From: Armatimonadota bacterium
GTDB taxonomy: Bacteria > Bacteroidota > Ignavibacteria > OLB7
Assembly: GCA_020850315.1 (NCBI GenBank)
Contig: JADZEY010000029.1
Coordinates: 7,413 to 71,412 of the forward strand
DNA: 64,000 nt
Direction of reading: 5' to 3'
The notes beneath the pieces were generated by a model that did no database searches, was not told where the DNA came from, and was given only the letters and a program-made list of their open reading frames with translations. Numbering within the stretch: the first letter of the stretch is position 1; each line of letters begins with the position of its first letter. Shown here piece by piece: positions 39,264 through 47,216 of this stretch. Position numbers and translations under genes: made by a program.

Positions 39264-40001
39264 ATGATACCTATGAAGAATTTCCTTTCTGCAACGCTGC
39301 TCCTGCTTGGGGGGCTATGCTTCCTATCGGCCAATGCTGGCGCACAAAGCTTCAGCGTGGCAATGGAAGAACCGCACGTGACGGTTTTTAAGGAGTACAA
39401 CGTGATCACGATGGACTACATCTTCCATGTGGTCAACACAACCAGCTCCCCATTGGCACTTGTTGCTTCACGCACCAAGAATCAACTGCCAAACCCTGAC
39501 ACATCAACAACTGTTGTTTGTTGGGGCGATCTATGCTACGATGCCAAAGAAAGCAGCTACAACGCAAACATCGTCAAGCCAGGAAAGTCACCATACTGCA
39601 AAGTGACGGTGACGCTTCCGATTGGCGAAACCCGCTGCGGTGATGTTCAGATGGTGTTTGGTGTGCAATTCAGCGAGGAGTCAACAATCCGCGACATCGT
39701 TGCTTGCCCGCCAACCAGCACCAGCGGCGTTGACGCAGCAAACTTGGTGACTGGCGTGAAAATCGCGCCAAACCCAGCAACCATCAACCCAACCATGACG
39801 CTCCCAACCGAACTGCAAACCGCAGGCGAACTAACGCTGAATTTGTTCACGGTGAAAGGGGCAAAAGCTGCCGAACAACGCTTCGCAGCCGGAAGCGAAT
39901 CGGTGGTGGTAAACACCAGCGAACTTCCGAACGGAGTCTATTTCTACCAGATTGCTGGTGGCCAGAAAGAAGCACGCGGAACAATCGTTGTGGCCAAGTA
40001 A
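39264..40001 (+). CDS. small secreted protein with T9SS C-terminal sorting domain
   Basis: Signal peptide MIPMKNFLSATLLLLGGLCFLSANAGAQS. C-terminal CTD-like tail …LPNGVYFYQIAGGQKEARGTIVVAK. Confidence 0.7.
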   Translation: MIPMKNFLSATLLLLGGLCFLSANAGAQSFSVAMEEPHVTVFKEYNVITMDYIFHVVNTTSSPLALVASRTKNQLPNPDTSTTVVCWGDLCYDAKESSYNANIVKPGKSPYCKVTVTLPIGETRCGDVQMVFGVQFSEESTIRDIVACPPTSTSGVDAANLVTGVKIAPNPATINPTMTLPTELQTAGELTLNLFTVKGAKAAEQRFAAGSESVVVNTSELPNGVYFYQIAGGQKEARGTIVVAK

Positions 40002-40038
40002 CGCAGTATCCTCAGAATCATCCTCGGACATTAGCAAC

Positions 40039-40076
40039 GGGATGCAGGCCAATGGCTTGCATCCCATTTTTTTTTG
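40039..40076 (+). terminator. rho-independent terminator
   Basis: Stem GGGATGCAGGCC…GGCTTGCATCCC followed by ATTTTTTTTT. Confidence 0.75.
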
Positions 40077-40339
40077 CTCTCTCTTCCCCTCTGTGTTCTC
40101 TGTGCCTCTGTGGTTCTTTCTCCTGGAGTGAAGGAAGAGGAACCACAAAACCCCAGAGTTGGGAAAGAAGAAAGAAGATTCCGAGCACATTTAGAATTAG
40201 TCCGCAAACATTTTCTTACCCCACCCCGCTCCCCTGCATCGGAAAAATCGGCAAGTTACCGACCCTTCGGTGGAAGGCGTTTGACCAACGTCCATCCACC
40301 GTCTAACAAGTTCTTCACACACTACTTCCAAACAGCACC

Positions 40340-40969
40340 ATGGCATATCAATGGGAATTTCGTCCGCGTCCGTACACCGATGCCGAAGCCGCAGAACTCC
40401 TTGCTCCGGTAATTGATGCCGAGACCGCCGACTGGCACTACAACAAGCACCACAAAGGCTATGTGGATGCTATGAACAAAATTGAAACCGAGCTTGAAGG
40501 TGCCGACCGCGCCGCCGCCAACGGCAACTACTCCCACGTTGGCGAACTGAAACGCAGGTTCACCTGGAACCACGCTGGCGCGTTGCTGCACGATGTCTAT
40601 TGGGAGGTAATGGGGGGCGATGGCGACCCGTCGAAAGGGCCAGAGATCAAGGCCGCTATCGAAGCCGAGTTCGGTTCGTTCGATGCCTGGCGTGCCGATT
40701 TCAAGGCAGCTTGCGTGGCCGCCAAACTCTCCGGCTGGGGGGTTCTGGCCTACGACCAACTCTGCTCCGGTCGCTTAATCAATCTTGAGGTGGATGAACA
40801 CCACTACGGCGCGATGTGGGGGGGAATCCCAATCATCCCTTGCGACGTGTTCGAGCACGCCTACTACCACAAAGACGGCTGGGCCCGCGCCGCATACGTG
40901 GAGAATTTCATCAACAATCTGAACTGGGAGCGGATCAACGCCCGCTACCTGAGGTTTGTGCAGAAATAA
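40340..40969 (+). CDS. sod: Fe/Mn superoxide dismutase
   Basis: HHxxHH-type N-domain (HYNKHHKGYVDAMN) and C-domain DVFEHAYY metal-ligand motif. Confidence 0.9.
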   Translation: MAYQWEFRPRPYTDAEAAELLAPVIDAETADWHYNKHHKGYVDAMNKIETELEGADRAAANGNYSHVGELKRRFTWNHAGALLHDVYWEVMGGDGDPSKGPEIKAAIEAEFGSFDAWRADFKAACVAAKLSGWGVLAYDQLCSGRLINLEVDEHHYGAMWGGIPIIPCDVFEHAYYHKDGWARAAYVENFINNLNWERINARYLRFVQK

Positions 40970-40984
40970 GGTTATTCACAACGG

Positions 40985-41028
40985 CGGGGCCGGACGGGAT
41001 GGTTCGGCTCCGCCATTGTTTTCACCGA
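40985..41028 (+). terminator. rho-independent terminator downstream of sod
   Basis: Stem GGCGGGGCCG…CGGCTCCGCC followed by ATTGTTTTC. Confidence 0.6.
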
Positions 41029-41073
41029 TGAACTCATACTCACACACACACACTCTCTCTCAACGTTGCAGCT

Positions 41074-41703
41074 ATGCTGATTGGCCTCTTCCCGCTCAAC
41101 ATCGTCCTGTTCCCCGGCTCCCTGTATCCATTGCGAATCTTTGAGCCGAGGTACAAACTGTTGATCCGCGAAGCGATTGATAGCAACGGCGTGTTTGGTA
41201 TCAACTTGGTGGAAGAGAGCAAAATGGCCAACGTTGGATGCCTAGCCAAAGTGGAAAAAGTGCTTCACGTCTATCCCGATGGCAAAATGGAGATTGTGGT
41301 GGCCGGCACCGAACGATTCCGGATTGACCGCTACCACGATGGCGACAAGCCCTACCTTGTTGCCGAAGTGAACACATTCGAGGATGAGATCAACGCACCA
41401 CCCGATTTTGAGCTGTTGGAAAACACCATCCGTTTGTACAACCAACTTGCCGAAGTGGTCTATGGCGAAGCTGAACCGCTGTTAGAGCCATCGCAGTGGA
41501 TTACCGGCGGCGCGGCCTTCCGCATCGCGCAGAAATCGGGGCTGGACCTTAGCCTGCGGCAGAATATGTTGGAGATGCTTTCCGAGAACGAACGCCTATC
41601 CTTCCTGCACCAATACCTGAAAGAATTGATCCCAAAGGTGAAAGAGTACGAAGCGATGCACGCATTAAGCCGCAACGATGGCTACCTGCGCGAACAGCCC
41701 TAA
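41074..41703 (+). CDS. LON N-terminal substrate-binding domain-only protein
   Basis: LFPLNIVLFPGSLYPLRIFEPRYKLLI matches the LON domain start. There is no ATPase or protease domain. Confidence 0.75.
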   Translation: MLIGLFPLNIVLFPGSLYPLRIFEPRYKLLIREAIDSNGVFGINLVEESKMANVGCLAKVEKVLHVYPDGKMEIVVAGTERFRIDRYHDGDKPYLVAEVNTFEDEINAPPDFELLENTIRLYNQLAEVVYGEAEPLLEPSQWITGGAAFRIAQKSGLDLSLRQNMLEMLSENERLSFLHQYLKELIPKVKEYEAMHALSRNDGYLREQP

Positions 41704-41720
41704 CCATTTTCCCGTTTCTC

Positions 41721-42239
41721 ATGGTGATTCTTGAAACAGAGCGATTGACGCTTCGGCAATGGGAACCGGATGAGTTTCCGACGGTTCACCGCATCCTTGG
41801 CCACGCGGTAACAATGCGGTTCTGGCCCGCCCCCTTCACGCCGGAACAAAGCGAGAGCTGGCTTCAGCGGAGTCTGGTAACGTATGCAGCAACCGCCAAC
41901 ACCCTGGGGCGATGGGCAACGGTGCTGAAAGAATCTGGGGAAGTGATTGGAGATTGCGGGCTGATTCAGGCCCACATCAACGGGATGCCAGAGTACGATT
42001 TGGGCTACATCATCCAAGCTGAGCATTGGCGAAAAGGCTACGGAACCGAAGCGGCCGCAGCAATCCGCGACTACGGTTTTTCGGAATTGAAACTCCCCCG
42101 AATCGTTGCCAACATGGCCTGCAACCATCACGGTTCAGCGCGGGTGGCCGAAGCGATTGGGATGCAGGTGGAAACTACCTTCGCGAACCAACGAAATCGC
42201 GGCGTGCAAACATTCCTCTATTCCATGGAACACCCGTAA
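41721..42239 (+). CDS. GNAT family N-acetyltransferase (RimJ/RimL-like)
   Basis: LRQWEPDEFPTVHRILGH…, acetyl-CoA-binding motif A region (HWRKGYGTEAAAAI). Confidence 0.8.
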   Translation: MVILETERLTLRQWEPDEFPTVHRILGHAVTMRFWPAPFTPEQSESWLQRSLVTYAATANTLGRWATVLKESGEVIGDCGLIQAHINGMPEYDLGYIIQAEHWRKGYGTEAAAAIRDYGFSELKLPRIVANMACNHHGSARVAEAIGMQVETTFANQRNRGVQTFLYSMEHP

Positions 42240-42272
42240 ACTCAACGGCTGAGAGATCATCGGCTACCGCCA

Positions 42273-42448
42273 GTTGCTCGCCCCCCTGATCTGCTCTGAC
42301 GAGCAGATCGTCCCCCCAAGCGTGGGGGGAAAGTGGGGAACTTCCAGTATGGGAGAGATAAACCATATTCGTCTCCCCAAGCGCGGGGAAGAAGAGGGAG
42401 AGTTGCTTGCCCCCTGATCTGCTCTGGCGAGCAGATCGTCCCCCCAAG
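42273..42448. repeat. two copies of a 46-48-bp GC-rich element containing a 9-bp-arm palindrome (GATCTGCTC-TGRC-GAGCAGATC) flanked by C-runs, plus CCCCA-AGCG-TGGGG hairpins
   Basis: Copy 1 is at 42273-42320 and copy 2 at 42403-42448. They differ at about 3 positions and lie in the 350-bp GNAT-mnmA intergenic region. Confidence 0.75.
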
Positions 42449-42592
42449 ATTGGTGGGAAGCTGAAGAGGGAGAGAGAGCGAAGAGGGAGAAACTGAGAAA
42501 CTGAACAAGTGAGACAAGAAAGGCCAACTGCGCCAACTCCAACAGAGCAAGCGCGTCAACCAATCACTAATCACCAATCACAAAAAAAAGCC

Positions 42593-43690
42593 ATGAAGAA
42601 GCGCGTTATTGTCGGAATGTCGGGTGGATTGGATTCATCGGTGGCGGCTGCGTTGCTGGTGGAGCAGGGGTATGAGGTGATTGGGATCACCATCAAAACG
42701 TACCGCTACGAGGACGTTGGCGGGAACGTTGGCAGCGACACCAGTTGCTGCTCGCTGGATGGCATCAACGATGCGCGGCGTGTGGCAATGGCGTTGGGTA
42801 TCCCCCACTACGTCTATGATTTCACCGAGACGTTCGGGCGCGAGATTATTGACTACTTCACCGCAGGCTACCTTGCTGGCGACACCCCCAACCCCTGCGT
42901 GATGTGCAACCGCAAAATCAAGTGGGCCGAGATGCTTCGCCGCGCCGACGCGCTTGGTGCCGATTTTATCGCCACCGGGCATTACGCCAAACTTCGCCAG
43001 GACCCAGCAAGCGGGCGGCACATCTTAAGCCGTGGGGACGACCGTGAGAAAGATCAATCCTACGCGTTGTGGGCGGTGGCGCAGGAGTCGCTTGCCCGCA
43101 CCATGTTCCCCCTTGCCGATTTGACCAAGCCGGAATCGCGTGCGATTGCGCAGCGGTTCAACCTTCCCGTGACGGGGAAGCGCGAATCGTACGAAATCTG
43201 CTTCATCCCCGATAACGACTACAAGCGGTTCTTGCGCGACAACGTAGACGGGCTGGAGGATCAGGTTGCTGGGGGGGATATTGTTCGCGATGGCCAGGTG
43301 ATCGGCAAGCACAACGGCTATCCGTTCTACACCGTTGGGCAGCGGCGTGGGATTGGGATTGCTGCACCCGAGCCGTTGTTTGTGATCGGTGTGTTCCCGC
43401 AGAACAACACCGTGGAAGTTGGAACCGCCGACCAGCTTCTGCACCGCGGCCTGACCGCCGATAGCGTCAATCTTATCAAGTACGATTCCCTTCCCGAACC
43501 GAAGCGGCTGCTTGCCAAAATCCGCTACAAGGATGAAGGGGCAATGGCCACCTGCCATACCGCCCCCGACGGAACCTTGCACCTAACCTTCGACGAACCC
43601 CGCCGCGCAATCACCCCTGGGCAATCGGTGGTGCTGTACGAAGGGGATGATGTTGTTGGGGGCGGAATAATTCGCGCTTGGAGTGACTGA
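42593..43690 (+). CDS. mnmA: tRNA-specific 2-thiouridylase
   Basis: PP-loop VIVGMSGGLDSSVAA, catalytic Cys context, full length about 365 aa. Confidence 0.9.
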   Translation: MKKRVIVGMSGGLDSSVAAALLVEQGYEVIGITIKTYRYEDVGGNVGSDTSCCSLDGINDARRVAMALGIPHYVYDFTETFGREIIDYFTAGYLAGDTPNPCVMCNRKIKWAEMLRRADALGADFIATGHYAKLRQDPASGRHILSRGDDREKDQSYALWAVAQESLARTMFPLADLTKPESRAIAQRFNLPVTGKRESYEICFIPDNDYKRFLRDNVDGLEDQVAGGDIVRDGQVIGKHNGYPFYTVGQRRGIGIAAPEPLFVIGVFPQNNTVEVGTADQLLHRGLTADSVNLIKYDSLPEPKRLLAKIRYKDEGAMATCHTAPDGTLHLTFDEPRRAITPGQSVVLYEGDDVVGGGIIRAWSD

Positions 43691-43808
43691 ACGATTGATT
43701 GAAACGGTTTTGCTGTGTAGTTTACGGGTGCAATTCAGTCATCGGCAATTCTTGCTTTGATGATACCCACGCAAGCCTTCCAGCGATTACTGGCCAACCG
43801 TTCTTCAT

Positions 43809-45125
43809 ATGCCTGAATCCACACCTGCTACGCTCGACATCCAGAAGACAATCCTTGACCTGCAAGACGCGATTGAGTTCGTCAACAAGCGGGTTATCAA
43901 CCGAACCGACATCATCGAGCAACTGTTCTGCGCCATTCTTACTGGCGAACATGCTCTGATCCAAAGCCGCACCGGTGTCGGCAAAACGCTCCTTACCGAG
44001 CAGATATTTCTGATGTTCAGCGGTGCGCGCTACTTCAAGGTTCAAGCATCCAAAGAACAACAGCCCGACACCTACTTCGGCGGCTTGGATGTTGAAGAAC
44101 TGAAGCGGGGCCGCATCATCCACAACACCGCTGGGTCGCTGGTGGAAAGTGAGTTTGGCTTTATTGATGAGATTTTCGATGCCAACGATTTCACCCTGCG
44201 CGCACTGCTGTCACTGCTGAACGAACGCCGGCTGGTGCTGGGGGTGCAGCAGCAGAAATCCGTGATCCACACCGTTCTGGCCGCCACCAACTACCTTCGC
44301 ATCACCGAGATCACCGAGGCATTGCTGGATCGCTTCATCTACCAATCCGTTGTCTTCCCCGACAAAGACCCCTTCGTCCAATACCGCATCTCGCAGCAGT
44401 ACTTGCAGCATGGCGGGCAACCAGCCGAACCACCCAAGAAAATCTCGTTTGCGGTGCTTCACGAAGTTTGGCAAGTGTGCACTGGCATCAGCAAGCAACA
44501 CTCCATCAGCATCGCCCCTGATGTGACCTACTACACCAACCTGGTAATCCGCTACTACGAAGAACTTCGGAACCGCCAGCTTGCGCAACGCCCCGATGTG
44601 CTTCCCGGCCGCGACTTCTACATATCCCCCCGCCGCCAGATGAAGGCGTTCGACCTTCTGCGCGCAATCGCCTTCATGCACGGCCGCAGCAGCGTTACGC
44701 TGGAAGACATCGAGAAACTGTACGTGCTGTTCACAACCGTTGGAATCGAGGAGGAGCGGCAAATCTGGAACAAAGCCTGTTCCACGCTAAGTCACCAGTT
44801 TGGCGCAACCCAAGCATTCGAACAACTGCGGACGTTGCTGGAGTTCAAGACCTTGCTGGATGAGTTGCGTACGCATCCGGAACTGCTACAGCAACCGATT
44901 ACCTCCATCGAAAATATCAGCGTGAAGCGGACGCTGCGGGAATGGGCTCGCGAAACCTTTGGCGCAGCCGAAATGCAAGTGGAGAACAACCGACGGCTTC
45001 TCACCGAGTTCTTGGAAAAATTCCAGCCCGCCACCGACGAAATCCGCGACCTGCGCCACCAGCTTCAGCATGAAGCATGGATACTGTTTCATGCCAATGC
45101 GGGGCCGGGATCGGCGTTTAAGTAG
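43809..45125 (+). CDS. MoxR-like AAA+ ATPase
   Basis: Walker A SRTGVGKTLL, Walker B GFIDEIF, sensor-1 LAATN, and the MoxR-type ALLDRF motif. There is a long C-terminal helical extension. Confidence 0.75.
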   Translation: MPESTPATLDIQKTILDLQDAIEFVNKRVINRTDIIEQLFCAILTGEHALIQSRTGVGKTLLTEQIFLMFSGARYFKVQASKEQQPDTYFGGLDVEELKRGRIIHNTAGSLVESEFGFIDEIFDANDFTLRALLSLLNERRLVLGVQQQKSVIHTVLAATNYLRITEITEALLDRFIYQSVVFPDKDPFVQYRISQQYLQHGGQPAEPPKKISFAVLHEVWQVCTGISKQHSISIAPDVTYYTNLVIRYYEELRNRQLAQRPDVLPGRDFYISPRRQMKAFDLLRAIAFMHGRSSVTLEDIEKLYVLFTTVGIEEERQIWNKACSTLSHQFGATQAFEQLRTLLEFKTLLDELRTHPELLQQPITSIENISVKRTLREWARETFGAAEMQVENNRRLLTEFLEKFQPATDEIRDLRHQLQHEAWILFHANAGPGSAFK

Positions 45126-45137
45126 GGGGGGCTGTTG

Positions 45138-45202
45138 TCAGTGGTCAGTGGTCAGTGGTCAGTGGTCAGTTGCAAAGAAGGTCATTAGTCATTGGTCATT
45201 AG
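45138..45202 (+). repeat. heptamer/octamer tandem repeats (GTCAGTG x4.5; GTCATTAG/GTCATTGG x3) starting 12 nt after the MoxR ATPase stop
   Basis: TAG-GGGGGGC-TGTT-GTCAGTGGTCAGTGGTCAGTGGTCAGTGGTCAGTTG…GTCATTAGTCATTGGTCATTAG. Confidence 0.8.
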
Positions 45203-45231
45203 AAAGAGGCTGGCTGTCCAGCACCAAACCT

Positions 45232-45436
45232 CGCAGCGTCATGGTGAGCCTGTCGAACCATGAACGCCTTCGCCGAGAAGCTGGCAGGCTGCCCGTTCAA
45301 CCACGAACCCCGCAGCGTCATGGTGAGCCTGTCGAACCATGAACGCCTTCGCCGAGAAGCTGGCAGGCTGCCCGTTCAACCACGAACCCCGCAGCGTCAT
45401 GGTGAGCCTGTCGAACCATGAACGCCTTCGCCGAAA
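45232..45436 (+). repeat. 79-bp tandem direct repeat, ~2.6 copies, in the MoxR-VWA intergenic region
   Basis: Unit starts at 45232, 45311 and 45390 (CGCAGCGTCATGGTGAGCCTGTCGAACCATGAACGCCTTCGCCGAGAAGCTGGCAGGCTGCCCGTTCAACCACGAACCC). Each unit contains a CATGGT…ACCATG inverted repeat and a GTCGAAC core. Confidence 0.85.
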
Positions 45437-45509
45437 CGCGCTGCCAGTAGGAAGAGAAGGGAGGAATATCAAGTACCTTCCGATTCCCTGTTCCCGAAAC
45501 CCGACCTCC

Positions 45510-47054
45510 ATGAAACACGACGTTCTGAAGCATAGCTCCTTCTTCCAACACATGGAGGAGTTTGGGTATATGCGAGACATCACGGAGCTACTGCCGGAGG
45601 ATTTTACGGCGGTGTTCGAGATTGCCCGCGTTTTAGAAGACCCCAACGCTCCGCTCTTCAAGGCGATTGAGCCAGCAATGACCGTTGCACCGCAAGCCGC
45701 CGTGGAGAAACGGTTGAACGACCGCGAGTGGCAGCCGAACCGGAACGTCTCGCACGGGGAAGAGTACGAGGCCGCGCTGATGCAAAGCTATACCGACCTG
45801 AAACGGATATTCCCGCACCAGTATCTGCTGCCAGAGGAAGTGTTCATGGAGCGGTACGCGCGGCGCAGCCTCTGGATCAACATCCCCCGCTCGCCGATGA
45901 TAGTGCCGTTCGGCAACAGCAGCAGCGAGTACTCGCCGAACAACTTCAAGCAGAAGGTCTATTTGCTGCTGGACACCAGCACCTCCATGGCCTCGCACCA
46001 CCGATTCCAGATGGCCAAAGCCGTTGCCTACGTCTTCCTGAAACGGAATCTGAAGGAGCTTGGCCACATCTATCTCCGCACGTTCGACACCGATCTTGGC
46101 CCACTGCAAACCGCCATTGATGCCCCCAGTTTGCAGAACCTTCTTCACTACGTGATGCGGCTTACCAAGCTGGGAAACGGAACCGTGCTGGAGCGGGCAA
46201 TCCTGCAGGCCGCTGCCGACATCCGCATCAGTGCCGCACTTTCCGGGGCCGAGATGCTGATCGTCACCGACGGCGCGTCGCATCTGGATGTTGAGAAAAT
46301 TCGCGAAGCGTTGGGGGGAGGCATCCGCATCAACACCATCAAAATTGGCGACGCGGTACTCTATCCCGATGAAAAACTCCTTTCCGACCTTGCCTCGCGC
46401 GGGGCAACACCACGCCAGCGGGATCTGAAAAAATTGGAGGAGGAGATCAGCACCATGCAGCGGCAGCTTTCCTCGGCTGGGTTCGAGCGTGAGAAGGGGC
46501 GGCTGAAATCGCATCTGCAGACGCTGACCCAGCGGGCGGCAACCTTGCGTGGTGAGATTGTGGAGGGATTGCGCCAGTGGTACGGGCGCGAGATTGAGCA
46601 GCTGTCGCGGGTGTTCGTCAACATCAACGACATCTCGGCCGACTCCTTGTTCGTGTTGCAGCAAAGTGAGATTGATGAGATTCGGCAGTTGCTGGCCGAG
46701 GTGGAGCAAGATTTTAGCGAGGGGATGGATGCCGACAGTTTGCGGGAAGCTGCACTGCTGTACGAACACGTCCAGATGCTGCTGAAATCCGCCACCGACA
46801 GTGCGCAACGCGCCCAATTGCAAGCCCTTGCCCAGCGGCTGAACGAGCTGCTGCATGATGTGGTGAAAGGCGGAGAACACAAGCACGCTGGCCTGCGAAA
46901 CATCACCCGCGACGACCTTCACGACCTTCAGATGATCCTTCATATGCAAAGCAAGCAAGGGGGATCGCTGGCCGATTTGCTGTTGCTGATGCTTCGGCAA
47001 ATTCTAAAACGCTTCTTCTCGCCAAAGCAGAAATTCCGGTTTGGGAAGAAGTAG
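45510..47054 (+). CDS. von Willebrand factor type A (VWA) domain protein with C-terminal coiled-coil region
   Basis: MIDAS motif VYLLLDTSTSM (DxSxS) plus downstream T and D (GNGT, VTDGAS). The start is placed after the tandem repeats at the Met at 45510, so the ORF-track N-terminal extension is probably non-coding repeat. Confidence 0.7.
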   Translation: MKHDVLKHSSFFQHMEEFGYMRDITELLPEDFTAVFEIARVLEDPNAPLFKAIEPAMTVAPQAAVEKRLNDREWQPNRNVSHGEEYEAALMQSYTDLKRIFPHQYLLPEEVFMERYARRSLWINIPRSPMIVPFGNSSSEYSPNNFKQKVYLLLDTSTSMASHHRFQMAKAVAYVFLKRNLKELGHIYLRTFDTDLGPLQTAIDAPSLQNLLHYVMRLTKLGNGTVLERAILQAAADIRISAALSGAEMLIVTDGASHLDVEKIREALGGGIRINTIKIGDAVLYPDEKLLSDLASRGATPRQRDLKKLEEEISTMQRQLSSAGFEREKGRLKSHLQTLTQRAATLRGEIVEGLRQWYGREIEQLSRVFVNINDISADSLFVLQQSEIDEIRQLLAEVEQDFSEGMDADSLREAALLYEHVQMLLKSATDSAQRAQLQALAQRLNELLHDVVKGGEHKHAGLRNITRDDLHDLQMILHMQSKQGGSLADLLLLMLRQILKRFFSPKQKFRFGKK

Positions 47055-47126
47055 CAGGGGCAACACCCTGCTGCTTGCATTTTCCCCAACATCTAACATC
47101 TGCACGCCATCATTCTTTCTTGAAAT

Positions 47127-47170
47127 ACAACAGCGGCTTGCCCCATAAAGGCAAGCCGCTGTTCTGTTGT
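47127..47170. terminator. bidirectional rho-independent terminator between convergent VWA and T9SS-cargo genes
   Basis: Stem ACAACAGCGGCTTGCC…GGCAAGCCGCTGTT followed by CTGTTGT. Confidence 0.7.
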
Positions 47171-47216
47171 CGTGTGTGTTGTGTGCGCGGAAGCTGCTGT
47201 TTCTGGCGTTGCCAGT

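Noticed and set aside
42175-42577. ORFs of 90-106 aa in the GNAT-mnmA spacer
   Set aside because: They translate the GC-rich palindromic repeats and purine tracts into R/S/G-rich low-complexity peptides, so they are treated as non-coding.
45138-45436. Possible CRISPR array (regular repeats)
   Set aside because: The units are directly tandem (7-8 bp and 79 bp) with no unique spacers between them, and no cas genes are nearby. These are simple tandem repeats.
45633-47000. 455-aa minus-strand ORF
   Set aside because: Antisense to the VWA gene, which has a clear MIDAS motif on the plus strand.
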